From NCBI GenBank assembly GCA_039189765.1, contig JBCCYL010000019.1, positions 1 to 64,000 of the forward strand: a stretch of DNA of 64,000 nucleotides. The letters are read 5' to 3'. The translations under genes and the position numbers were made by a program. Of this stretch, positions 39,179 through 50,100 are shown in pieces (the first letter of the stretch is position 1; the number at the start of each line of letters is the position of its first letter). The notes below the pieces were generated by a model. It saw only the letters and a list, made by a program, of their open reading frames with translations, was not told where the DNA came from and ran no database searches. This DNA comes from Cyanobacteria bacterium P01_F01_bin.150. GTDB lineage: Bacteria; Cyanobacteriota; Cyanobacteriia; CAKZMO01.

Positions 39179-40399
39179 TTAGCTATCTGCTGCTGCTCCC
39201 TCATCTTTAATGCAGTTCAACATCCGAAGCGTTGCAGCTGCCGCATAGTTGCGCTTAGTGTTGCTATCGGGATAGAAGTTTCTACCCGTCTCATTGAGAG
39301 GAGACGCAACACCGCAGTAGGAGGACATTTGGTCAATCACAGGAGACGCCCAGTGAGTCGAAGTGTCAGCGAAATCAAACGCGTCTTGCTTGGGCCATAG
39401 GGTCTGATCCAACTGCTTGAGAGACTTACCATATTCAGACGCACGACGCAGAATTGCCATCAATTCAGCACGAGTTACAACCTGACCGGGGCGGAAAGAG
39501 CCATCTTGGTAGCCGCTAACGATGTTGTTATCTTTAGCAAACTGAATCTTGGCTGCGCTCCAGCGAGATGTACTTACGTCGGGGTAGGGGTTGCCACTAA
39601 CTTGCGTAGGAACGTTCAGGTCAACGTCAGGAAGCTTATCCAAAGACTCTAGAACCATGGAAACAATTTGCTCACGAGTCAGGGACTGCTGGGGCCGGAA
39701 GGTATTATCCTCGAAGAACCCTGCAACAAAGCCCAAGTCAACCGCATCCTGGATTTCCTTAGCGTATACATCACCTTGAATATCAGGGAAGCTGTAAGCA
39801 ATCTGATTATCGCCATTGCCCGCATCAGGGTCGATGATGATGGGAGCATCACTATCGTAGGTGAGATAGACATGGCCCAATACTTGATCGTTGTAAGTAC
39901 GCTTCGTAAATTTCCAACCGGGTTCTAGATTTAACTTGGCAAATCCATCCGTTGTGCCGTTGGCCCTAGCAATTTCTAATTCCTCAGCATTGCGGTTGTC
40001 CGGTGCACCAATTAAAACTAAATCATCCTCACGCTCTACCACCCTTAGGCTATAGTTAAGCGCTAAATCCTGGCCATCAACGCGAATCGAATAACCATTG
40101 CTGTCGGTGCTGCGTCCGCAAATTCCGGTAAAGTCAAAGTTGACGAGTAGAGGGTCAATAATAGTAGGCGCGGCACCGACTTCATCCCAGCACTGACGAG
40201 TATTGGAGACTTGCTCAACGACCAACAGTTGATGAGCGGATTCGCCTCGGGGAGCAGCGATCGCAATAAAGCTATCTTGATTGACTTCAGATTGGCCAAA
40301 TGTAGCACTACTTACAGTTTCCATTGTTCCAAAGGCACCCAAGGTAGCAGCGGCGATAGTAGCGACAGCAGCAAGTTGACGACGGATAGAAAAAGTCAT
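39179..40399 (-). CDS. DUF3747 and S-layer homology (SLH) domain protein
   Basis: Signal peptide; FDFTGICGRSTDSNGYS; SLH motifs TFRP..LTRE and SFRPGQVVTRAE. Confidence 0.85.
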   Translation of the reverse strand: MTFSIRRQLAAVATIAAATLGAFGTMETVSSATFGQSEVNQDSFIAIAAPRGESAHQLLVVEQVSNTRQCWDEVGAAPTIIDPLLVNFDFTGICGRSTDSNGYSIRVDGQDLALNYSLRVVEREDDLVLIGAPDNRNAEELEIARANGTTDGFAKLNLEPGWKFTKRTYNDQVLGHVYLTYDSDAPIIIDPDAGNGDNQIAYSFPDIQGDVYAKEIQDAVDLGFVAGFFEDNTFRPQQSLTREQIVSMVLESLDKLPDVDLNVPTQVSGNPYPDVSTSRWSAAKIQFAKDNNIVSGYQDGSFRPGQVVTRAELMAILRRASEYGKSLKQLDQTLWPKQDAFDFADTSTHWASPVIDQMSSYCGVASPLNETGRNFYPDSNTKRNYAAAATLRMLNCIKDEGAAADS

Positions 40400-40954
40400 T
40401 GTTGTTGTTCCTTAATGTGTGAAAGTTGGCAGATGTAAATTTGGAAAAAGAAGGAATTCGTTGCATGCTAGTGGCCATTAGAGTGGAAAGCTTGGCTTAT
40501 AGAGTGTTGCCAATGGCGTTGCTCGTAAAGCGTTGCTCTTTAGTTGGGCTTAGCGTTGTGCGTTCGTGTCCTTCGCTATGACCCTAGTATTAGGCAACTG
40601 CCAAGTCTAGTTGGGAGCGATCGTTTTACTTCGTTGATTGTCCTGCTTGTTTTTTCAATTTAGGGAAATATATGGGGAACCTAAAAGTTCCCTCAAGAGT
40701 AGACCCAATCAAGGAAATAGCTATTTATTTTGAGAATGACTTAATGCGTTGACGTTGACCGATCTGGTAACTGTCTACAGAATTGGCACATTTACCATAC
40801 GCCACTGTCCATCAAACTGGCACATCAAACGATGACTTGAAAAATAGGCCGTAAAATAGTGGGTGGCACTTGAGGCACGAGGGTCGATAAATCAGATCAA
40901 TTCCTGTTGAAAGGGGTGAGGCTAGTCATAAACAGCATTAGCGGGATGGATAAC

Positions 40955-41212
40955 ATGAATAAACTCACCGGGCAGATAGCAATGGTTAGAGCAGTTCCGG
41001 GCAATCCGAACAGCAATGCAGAACCGTGGATTAAGGTTGAGGGTCAAGAATGGCAGCATTATAAAGAGAGTACTGTCTGGCAGGCACTCCCAGCCTTAGA
41101 ATATGTCCCCAAAAATTCCAGCCCAGGGATGGAAGCATTTCTAAGACTGACCCGTGCAGGATTTACGGTGGTAAAAGGCGCATTTTTAACCGCGCAAGAT
41201 TTGCCTCAATAA
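40955..41212 (+). CDS. Hypothetical protein
   Basis: Short ORF with protein-like composition, convergent with lexA-like gene; start uncertain. Confidence 0.5.
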   Translation: MNKLTGQIAMVRAVPGNPNSNAEPWIKVEGQEWQHYKESTVWQALPALEYVPKNSSPGMEAFLRLTRAGFTVVKGAFLTAQDLPQ

Positions 41213-41258
41213 TCAGACCGGCAAACTACTGCCAGCTCCGGGGCTTGCATCTAGAACG

Positions 41259-41888
41259 CTAGACCAATCCCCTCAACACTCCGACATAAATACCTTGGAT
41301 ATCGACCCTTGTCGCCGCCACAGCCGTGGGATTGTACTGGGGATTAGCAGGCTTGAGGGTCACAACCTCACCATCAATGTGGTAATACTTTAGCGTCGTT
41401 TTACTCTCGACCCGAGCCGCCACAATAGTGCCATTTTTAATTCGCTTAACATCATCCGGCAGGGTCAAGATCACCACATCTTGATTTGCAATCATTGCGC
41501 CAATCATGCTGTCCCCGATGACGCGCAAAGCAAAAAACTTGGAAATATCGTGGGTAGACCATTTAGAGTGACGCAGAAGCTTGGATAAATCAAAGGTCTC
41601 CTCAACCGCCTCATCAGGAAATACTTCCATTAAGCTCTGTGCAGAAATAAAGCCCTTAATAGATGTCACGTTAGATGGCTGCAAAATTTGAAACGATCTC
41701 GCCCGACGCGGGGTCCAAGCCAGCCATCCTCGATCCTTTAAGGTATTAAGATGGTGCTGTACAGGCGAAGTCGATCGATACCCCATGGCATCTCTAACCT
41801 CTCGTACGGAGGGGGAGTATTCGTGCTGATTGATAAATGCTTCAATCCAGGCAAAAATTTTCTCGGGAGACGTGCGAGCTTTAGACAT
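41259..41888 (-). CDS. lexA: LexA-family repressor (atypical cleavage site)
   Basis: PSVREV...STSPVQHHL wHTH; S24 peptidase GDSMIG and TTLK. Confidence 0.85.
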   Translation of the reverse strand: MSKARTSPEKIFAWIEAFINQHEYSPSVREVRDAMGYRSTSPVQHHLNTLKDRGWLAWTPRRARSFQILQPSNVTSIKGFISAQSLMEVFPDEAVEETFDLSKLLRHSKWSTHDISKFFALRVIGDSMIGAMIANQDVVILTLPDDVKRIKNGTIVAARVESKTTLKYYHIDGEVVTLKPANPQYNPTAVAATRVDIQGIYVGVLRGLV

Positions 41889-42125
41889 GGGGACAATCCC
41901 TAGATGGCAATTCTATTGTACTATGCCCTGAAGCCAATTCAAAGCTTCGTGTTTTGCTTTCAATCGAAACACAATTATTGGATAGTGGGGACGATTCATG
42001 CCCCCATTACCGCACTAAAATTGATACCCTGAGCTCCCAAATGCATAACGCTTTCATAACGTTTTAGATTAGAGAATTTGACTGAACGTTCCATGATTAT
42101 TGGCCACCGACTGAATCGTTTTACC

Positions 42126-43451
42126 ATGCCTACCCGTATATTTGGAATCTTGGCCCTGCTACTTTGGTTAAGCTGTAGCAGTTGTGCCTCATCCCAAGCC
42201 CAGGCAGAAGAACGATTGTTTTTACCCCTCACCGTTGAGTTTTTGGATGAGTATATTTTGCCAGCATCCGATTATGATGGCACAACCGTGGGGGGACTGT
42301 CGGCGATCGCCTATGATCGTCAGCAAGATTTACTCTACGCCCTCTCAGACGATCGAGGGAACTTTGCTTCTCCCAGATTCTATACCCTACGCCTCCATGC
42401 TACTGAGGATACGAAATCGTCTAATAATTTAGAGTTTGCCAGCTCCCTAGAGAATGGTGCCTCTAATACAGAACCCAACTTTGTCATTTCCTCAATCGAT
42501 ATCGAAGCCGTTACAACATTAACGCAAGAAAATGGCGATGCGTTTCCAACAGATACGATTGATCCAGAAGGATTAGTATTGTCCCCTAATCGAACCCTAT
42601 TTATTGCCAGCGAAGGGGTAACGAGTGAGCGTCTTGCGCCCTGGGTGGATGAGTTTGACCTCAGCACTGGTCAACGATTGCGCCGTTTACCGATTCCTCG
42701 CCAATATCAACCAGCGGCCCCTGCTGAAGCAGCATCAGAGAACCCAAATACCAGTCAGGCTGATAGTTCCATCAATAGTCCCCCAATAGGAGTCCAAAAT
42801 AATAAGGGGTTTGAAGCCCTCGCTCTCAGTGCCTCAGGCATGGGAGTCGGAAATGATGAACCCTTTCGGGTATTTGCGGGCCTTGAAAACCCATTAATTC
42901 AAGATTCCGATATCGTAGCTACCGAAGCTCTCCAACCAGGGCGTATCATTCACTATGTCGTTAGCCCTGATCGAGCTTTTATATTAGCTGAGCATGTTTA
43001 TCCCATCGATCCACTGCCATTTGGAGCCGTGACCACTGGCTTGGTCGAACTGTTGGCCTTGGGGCCAAGTGGTGATTTCTTGAGCTTGGAACGCTCCTAT
43101 GGCCTGGGGGGTACCCGAGCCAAACTATTCCAAACCACCTTTGCCGATGCCACCGATACCATCAGCCTCTTGCGGCTTGCCCCCAATGCAGTTCCAGCCT
43201 CTGAGGGAGTGTTGGCAGACGATAGTCCCCAAGCTTGGCTAGATGGGATTCAACCAATGCGCAAGAAACTGGTGCTTGACCTTTATGATTTGGGTATTAC
43301 CCTCGATAATTTAGAAGGCATGACGCTGGGACCTAGACTTTCAGACGGTAGCCAAAGCCTACTTTTAATGAGCGACAACAATTTCAACTCCGACGAACAG
43401 GTCACCCAATTTCTATTGTTTCGCATCAAGGGACTGCCACCGATGCTTTAG
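42126..43451 (+). CDS. Esterase-like activity of phytase family protein
   Basis: GGLSAI, LSDDRG, DPEGL, NKGFEAL, DNLEGM, SDNNF; signal/lipoprotein-like N-terminus; start uncertain. Confidence 0.85.
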   Translation: MPTRIFGILALLLWLSCSSCASSQAQAEERLFLPLTVEFLDEYILPASDYDGTTVGGLSAIAYDRQQDLLYALSDDRGNFASPRFYTLRLHATEDTKSSNNLEFASSLENGASNTEPNFVISSIDIEAVTTLTQENGDAFPTDTIDPEGLVLSPNRTLFIASEGVTSERLAPWVDEFDLSTGQRLRRLPIPRQYQPAAPAEAASENPNTSQADSSINSPPIGVQNNKGFEALALSASGMGVGNDEPFRVFAGLENPLIQDSDIVATEALQPGRIIHYVVSPDRAFILAEHVYPIDPLPFGAVTTGLVELLALGPSGDFLSLERSYGLGGTRAKLFQTTFADATDTISLLRLAPNAVPASEGVLADDSPQAWLDGIQPMRKKLVLDLYDLGITLDNLEGMTLGPRLSDGSQSLLLMSDNNFNSDEQVTQFLLFRIKGLPPML

Positions 43452-43454
43452 TAT

Positions 43455-44543
43455 CTAGTGGCGTTCGATCGCGAGTTGGACAAGGCGGTCTACCAGTTCA
43501 GGAAACGGAATGCCCGTCGCGTCCCAGAGCATCGGGTACATGCTGGTAGCGGTAAATCCCGGCATTGTATTAATCTCGTTAATTAAGACGTCCCCCGTTG
43601 ACTCCACATAGAAAAAATCGACGCGGCTCAGACCGGCACAATCCAAAGATTGAAAGGCCTGAATAGCTCGCTCCTGAATTGTATTAACAATCGCCTCTGG
43701 TAGGGGAGCGGGAATATGGAGCTGGGCCAACCCCTCAGTATACTTTGTTTCATAATCGTAAAAATCACTATCGAAGGTGATTTCGCCGATTACTGACGCC
43801 TCAGGATGATCGTTACCCAGCACCGCACATTCAACTTCCCGCGCATTTACTCCAGCTTCTACAATCAGCCGCCGATCGTAGGTCGCAGCTTCATCTAAGG
43901 CTTTCTCAAGTTCATCGCGCGATCGCACCTTAAAAATTCCCACCGAGGAGCCAAGATTGGCAGGCTTAACAAAACAGGGGTAGCCAATTTTTTCTTCAAG
44001 GCGATCGCACACCTTTGGAAAAACACAGGCATTTGACCATACTTCTGCCCGAGTCACCGCTGCATACTTTACCTGGGGCAAATCCGCCTGGGCAAAGGCC
44101 ATCTTCATCGCTAGCTTATCCATACCCATAGAAGATGCTAGCAGTCCTGGCCCCACATGGGGCACATTCATAAGCTGGAACAGCCCTTGCATCGAGCCGT
44201 CTTCACCATTAGGTCCATGGAGAATCGGAAACCACACCGCCACATCTGATGCCTCTGCGGGAAACTTCCAATGTTCTTGAGACGTTTTAGAAGCCTTAGT
44301 AGAGTCAGTTGTGGTCTCTTGGTCTGGTGCCACACCCGCTGTCAATACAGCTTGAGACGCATCACGGGATTGCCAAACGCCGCTGCGATTAATATAAAAG
44401 GGACGGACATCGTATTTGCGAGGGTTGTCGTCGGATTGGAGTCCAGATGCGATCGCTTGAGCCGACCGAATAGATACATCGTGCTCACCGGACTGGCCAC
44501 CAAACAGTAGACCAACAATGATTTTTCCCGATGTCTGTGCCAT
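43455..44543 (-). CDS. ddl: D-alanine--D-alanine ligase
   Basis: [37 protein letters not shown]. Confidence 0.97.
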   Translation of the reverse strand: MAQTSGKIIVGLLFGGQSGEHDVSIRSAQAIASGLQSDDNPRKYDVRPFYINRSGVWQSRDASQAVLTAGVAPDQETTTDSTKASKTSQEHWKFPAEASDVAVWFPILHGPNGEDGSMQGLFQLMNVPHVGPGLLASSMGMDKLAMKMAFAQADLPQVKYAAVTRAEVWSNACVFPKVCDRLEEKIGYPCFVKPANLGSSVGIFKVRSRDELEKALDEAATYDRRLIVEAGVNAREVECAVLGNDHPEASVIGEITFDSDFYDYETKYTEGLAQLHIPAPLPEAIVNTIQERAIQAFQSLDCAGLSRVDFFYVESTGDVLINEINTMPGFTATSMYPMLWDATGIPFPELVDRLVQLAIERH

Positions 44544-44619
44544 TAACCGCCTTCCCTCTAAACAAAATGTAACGACACTCTACCAAAATTCAGGTAGCGT
44601 AAGCGTCCATTTATTTAAT

Positions 44620-45192
44620 TTAGGAGGGGACGGCACATTCCTCGTTTGATCCAGTTCGAGTTGCTCCCAACAACGATCGAATAATCACACACTTTTTCAC
44701 ACCATCTTTATCTGGAATTCGAACATTAATGTAGATAGGTAAATTCACATCAGCAATTCCGCCTGTAGAGGTAAAGCTAATGGAATTTTCAAGCTTAGTC
44801 CATTGTGGATTGTTGTCATCATCAGTTGTCGATTCCAAAACCTCTAGAGCAACCATTCCATCCAAATCACCTTCTCCTATCTTAGATGAAATACCGTTAC
44901 TGTTAATGTAGGAGGTGTTTGTGTTTTCATCAAACTCAAATTTAAGGGTACGCGTTCTGCGAGTTCGCTTTGCGTCTGCTTGGGCAGAGCGAATCGATTG
45001 CAGCACTTGGTCGGTGGCGCGGTTAGCTCGTTGGCGATTGGCGAAGGCTAGCCAGCTGGGGGCGGCGATCGCCGCCAAGATTCCCAGAATAGCAACTACA
45101 ACAATCACCTCTAAAATCGTCATCCCTTTAGTAGAAGACGATTTTAATAAAGAGTAATTTTTTATCAGTCTCATATGCTTCAGAACCTCCAT
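44620..45192 (-). CDS. Type IV minor pilin/pseudopilin (HpsD-like)
   Basis: Prepilin site KG|MTILEVIVVV; last gene of the hpsA run. Confidence 0.85.
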   Translation of the reverse strand: MEVLKHMRLIKNYSLLKSSSTKGMTILEVIVVVAILGILAAIAAPSWLAFANRQRANRATDQVLQSIRSAQADAKRTRRTRTLKFEFDENTNTSYINSNGISSKIGEGDLDGMVALEVLESTTDDDNNPQWTKLENSISFTSTGGIADVNLPIYINVRIPDKDGVKKCVIIRSLLGATRTGSNEECAVPS

Positions 45193-45247
45193 AGATTGAT
45201 CGTGCGGTTTTTCTAAATTGCACAGTGAGTAAGTTGCGATCGCTGTC

Positions 45248-46195
45248 CTAATTCCCTTCGAGTAATCCTCTTGAAAAAACTCTAGCTTCTAAAGATGGAA
45301 GAAAAGACGTATCGGTCATCAGCCCAGACCGACCTTTGGCATTTCCATGGAGAAACAACACAACATCTTGATTACCAAAACCTGCCGCAGTAGCAGAAGA
45401 GCGGGTATTAATACACGCATAAAAACCACCTGCAGGGGTAGCAGAGGGGGTCGCCTCATAACCGGTTGAACAGGGTGGTGTAAAAGCGCCAGCAGAATAA
45501 TCGACAAAGTCAATCAGTATTTCTGGCTCAGGCAACGTTACGTTTGTTTCCTCAAAAGGCCACCCTGAGTCATCATCTGGTGCAGCTCTAACAAAGCTAA
45601 TTAGTGTTTGGCCAACAGGACTGACATAATTACTGGTCGCTGAGCCATCTTCAACCAATTCATACCGTAAGATACCGCCTTTACCTTGCCAAAGATCATC
45701 ACTGGTATTTTGGCTGAAGGCATAGATGACTAAAGAGTATGAATGACCAGAGAAGCAAGCAACACGCTCCTGCACCGTAGCCCGTGGGTTTACACAATCT
45801 TCTTTAATGGTCTGGGAGAGCGGTTGTTGCTTCCAAAACGCTAGGACAGGTGTCGGAGCAGTAGCTTCATTCGGATGGTCGGGCAATGTTACCAAAGCAC
45901 TAACATTTGCCCACTCTGTAGGCGTATAGACGTGCAATGCTTGCTTGATTTCAGTAGACATAAAATCTAACGCTAATTGCAAATCGCGTTGCGTTTCTGT
46001 TCGATTTGATTCCCTTGTATCAGACGTTAACAGTTCATTTGTCAAATATAGTAAGCCGGTGATGATACCGCCTGCGATTAACACTGTGACTAATAGTTCG
46101 ATCAGGGTAAAGCCTTGCTTTCTTTTTAATTGCGGCTTGCTACAGTAAATAAATATGAAATGACCGTAAAACGTTTTCAGTTTTTCTAAAGACAT
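45248..46195 (-). CDS. Type IV pseudopilin (HpsC-like)
   Basis: QG|FTLIELLVTV; PVLAFWK motif; synteny. Confidence 0.85.
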   Translation of the reverse strand: MSLEKLKTFYGHFIFIYCSKPQLKRKQGFTLIELLVTVLIAGGIITGLLYLTNELLTSDTRESNRTETQRDLQLALDFMSTEIKQALHVYTPTEWANVSALVTLPDHPNEATAPTPVLAFWKQQPLSQTIKEDCVNPRATVQERVACFSGHSYSLVIYAFSQNTSDDLWQGKGGILRYELVEDGSATSNYVSPVGQTLISFVRAAPDDDSGWPFEETNVTLPEPEILIDFVDYSAGAFTPPCSTGYEATPSATPAGGFYACINTRSSATAAGFGNQDVVLFLHGNAKGRSGLMTDTSFLPSLEARVFSRGLLEGN

Positions 46196-46258
46196 TGTCT
46201 TAACCTCAGCAGACGGATAGGGCAGATAGTTTTTCGATCCCGATACAAGGCATGAGTA

Positions 46259-46996
46259 TTACTTGCAATCAGCATCATCCAATGAATAAAATTGACAGAT
46301 AGAGTTATCTGCGTCTCCCTGATTGACACTGGTGAAAAGAACCGCTAAAGGTCTACGGCTCTGATTGCCTTGCCCCGTAGTATATTTCAATGATGCTTCT
46401 TGAACATCTTCATCAGTTAAATTACCTAGATTAGCTTTGACACTAGCTGCAAAAACCCTCACGCCAATCTGGAATTTATCCGGTTGTGCTACACCTGCCT
46501 CAGAAGGATCTTCCGTGCGAAAAACCTGCATATAAAAATCAGCAGTACAATCTGCATCCATATCGACAGGCACAAGTGTTAATGCATCGGCAAGCGGTTT
46601 TCCTTCATATTGATTGCAGGATGATTTAACGGATTTCATTGGCGTATTTACATCATCTGTTTTCGGTGGAGCAACATCTTCTAATCCCCCACTGATGGCA
46701 AACGGAAGGTTTAATGCTTTATTATGCTGATCTTGTTCAACCAAGGTGCGAACCCGATCAATTTCTGATTGAGCGACTTGTAGTGCTTGTTCTGCGCGCC
46801 GATTTTGCACTCGCGTTGCAGCCGTTAAAAACATGGGAGGAAGCATCATTGCCCCGGTTATCGCAATAACGACAATAGCGACTAGCGCCTCGATCAAGGA
46901 TAAACCCTGATCAGACGTAACATTATATTTTTTATGGCCTAAACGGGTAGAAAAACTCAAGGATTTCAAGAACAAGGGAATTTTTGATTTAAGCAT
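46259..46996 (-). CDS. Type IV pseudopilin (HpsB-like)
   Basis: QG|LSLIEALVAI; ATRVQNRRAEQA; synteny. Confidence 0.85.
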   Translation of the reverse strand: MLKSKIPLFLKSLSFSTRLGHKKYNVTSDQGLSLIEALVAIVVIAITGAMMLPPMFLTAATRVQNRRAEQALQVAQSEIDRVRTLVEQDQHNKALNLPFAISGGLEDVAPPKTDDVNTPMKSVKSSCNQYEGKPLADALTLVPVDMDADCTADFYMQVFRTEDPSEAGVAQPDKFQIGVRVFAASVKANLGNLTDEDVQEASLKYTTGQGNQSRRPLAVLFTSVNQGDADNSICQFYSLDDADCK

Positions 46997-47160
46997 GGGA
47001 AAAAAGAGAAATTAGAAATCTTTAAAGCAATAGCCCTCAGCATTTTTTGAGGAATCACGATCAATCCAACTTAGTTGGTCGTTCATTTTAGGTGAGTATT
47101 GAGGACATAAAATGCCCTCAATACAGCTAATCTTGTTTCGCCTCAAAACGCACTCTCATG

Positions 47161-50100
47161 TTAAGGCGCTGGGCATATGGCACCTTCTCCTTCCAGCGTC
47201 CGGCAAAGATTATAGATGTAGGGATCATTAACAGGGGGTTCAGTATAAAACTCGCTGCGACTAGAATCCGGAGAAATCAACCGACTTGCGATGGGACCTG
47301 CCGGAGCAAATTGAAGCGCCACATCATAGCCCCATGCGCGTCCGGGCGGATTGTAGTACTCGTGGAAAATTGCCTGAGTTGTATCCTCAGTTAAAGACGA
47401 AGTAGGAGTACTAGTAACAGGACGAGGTTCCCATACTAGTTGATCGTAGGGAGCTGTTGCCAAACGGCTAAAGTCTAATTGATAGAAAGCTCCCTGAATA
47501 ATGGCAGAAACAGAACCATTATCATCCTCCCATGATTCAATAAAGCGGGGGAAATTATGAAGACCTCCATAGGACTGAGTTTCGCGGGATGGAATAATCC
47601 GACTGTACAAACCCGCATTGACTGTTGTCCTAGTCCCAGGGAGAAGACGATTGTCTCGATTCCCCCTGATCCCACCAAAATTGCCAGCAAATTCACCTGT
47701 TCCTCCAGAGACTGCCGGATTACCACTAGGGCGTATAACATATGGTGTTGAGGTTCCTCCTCCTTGCCTAACCCATGATGCATCAGCAGGCAATGGTTGG
47801 TTTAGATAAGACGTCGTCTCAAGGGAAGAATTGCATCCATACTTCGTATCGACATTGGACACTTGCTTGGTCGTACTACCGACAAACTCAAAGATATCTG
47901 CAACACTACCATCACAAAAATTGTTAGACAGGATGGTCACGGCATCAGACATAACTTCAGCAGAACGCCAGCTATCTCCATCGGGTGTCGCAAAATTTTC
48001 ATCTAGCTTGGTAGGGTCGGCTCCTCTACCATAGAAATCATCGTAGGTCGCCAAATCTAGCTTGTCTGTAAATTCTTGAAGTTGCTTGTTTGGATCTTCT
48101 AGATTGCTGCCAAGAGACTGGTGCCAGTTAAAATCACCGGAAATATATACCGGATCGTCAGAAATAAAGGCTATGCCTACACCATTATCATCATCTCGAT
48201 CAAGACGCTTGCCTCGCTTCAAGCGGAAGCCATAGGGCCTCCGATCGGGGTCAGCATAGTAGTCAATTGGCTTTAAACTAATCCCATTTGTAGCCAGAGG
48301 TGGATCTGTGGCATCCTCACTCATCAACGCAAAGTCAGGATCCGCAGCGTTCATTTGGCAATCACCAGTACTCTGCAAGATGATATCGTTGCTGCATGTG
48401 CCTGCACTAGCCCCTCCAGTGGCGGGGCGCACAATAGAGTCTTCTCGTAAAGCATCTTCACGGAAGGCATAAATAATTCCTCCTTCGCCGACTGTCGGAT
48501 CTCCGAGGGGTAACCAATAGTCACCGGTTCCAAATTCTGACTGCCTTAGGAGATCCATGTTCAAATCCAGGGTTCGGACAGACATCAGTTGGCGGCCATC
48601 ATACAGGGCTGAATCTTTGAAGCCAACTCGAACGGTCCGAGTGCCTGTTGCACCAGGACTACATACCTCATCTTCACAGACGATCAAGACATCCCCATTA
48701 TTATTGGGGGCATTACCGGCATACCCAACACCAGCGGGATTAAGGTCAGAAGGCAGTGCCCAGGAACCTCGTGCTTTGGGCTTGAGGGCGATTGCAGCTG
48801 GATTAACCTCTGCATAATTGTATGAGGCATTTTCCCCGCTGATATAACCGTCATAAGGGCGTGCAACTTCATCCCCTCTAGTTGTATCAGCGTGGGAGTC
48901 TTCAGGAAAGAGAGAATAAAGAATCGGATATTTATGACCACTGGGACAAAGAGCTGCTAGCGCAGGCAAGTCTAATGCAGCCATTTCGGCTGGACAAAAG
49001 TTCAGATCTGATGCAGATGGCTCATAACCACTATTTAGATCTAGTTCAACCTGTTCTTTGGTCGCAATAAAACGAGCGAGCGTCGAGTTAGGATCGAACG
49101 TTGTGTTTAGGCTCTTCAGAAGTGACTCATTGATCTCACCATAGTTAAATGTTGTCAAGTAGTTAACGTTGTATGCCAACATACCCAACATACAGGCAGA
49201 CGTTTGGAGAGTCGTCTTATCCGCTGGGCTTAAACTGGCGTAGTTACTTGAACCATCTAAAATTCGACGGAGAATCGAAAAATCACCCCACTTCGCCATT
49301 TCAGGATAGGGATGCTGCACCCCATCCGTCTGAATAGCATTGAAGGAGGGTGCTCCACCGTTAGGATCACCTGCAAAATGGGCTAAATTCTTTAGTGCTT
49401 TGCTCATCGCACTAGACGAATCTGATAAGTTAAAATTACCCGCAGTAAAGCTAGGAGCCTCAAATTCCCATCCATTGGTCCCGTAGCCATTGAAAAAGTC
49501 ACTAATCATTAGGGGATAGGCTGGATTTGTTCCCCCTTCCGCCAAATTCAAAAATGTTGCAGCATTTTCCAGCGTTTCAGGCGTTCCTGGATGGACAGTT
49601 GTGGCCAAACAGGCCAATGGCTGGTCATTATCTGTTGCAGACCCTCTAGGATTAGCGTGATAGACAGCGGTTGCTTGAACCGCAGATAAGTTGTCATCCC
49701 AGGTGCGCCGCTGCCGAGCTTCATGACAGCGACCTTCATTATTTCCACCTACATCACAGCTAGTGCCATCAAAGACCTCCAGAGGCTCAGATAATTCTAG
49801 GCGTTGACCAACGATAACCCGCATGCCCTCAACGCGTGCGCGATTCTCCCAATACCCATCCAAAGCAACACCTGTGGGATCATCGGGATAAGCCGTAGAA
49901 CCAGAAGCAAAAATTTCTGCATTGTCGGCTGCTGTAAGAACATCCCCAGCATTCTTCCCCAAATCCGCAAGGGTCACTAAACCATCGCCTTCTGTGTCGT
50001 AGGCTGGAGCTGGACCCGCACGATTATCGGCTCTATAAACATCATCCGCCTGAGTTGTATCACTCTCATTAGTCACAATTTGGGAGTCAAACCGGTTAGC

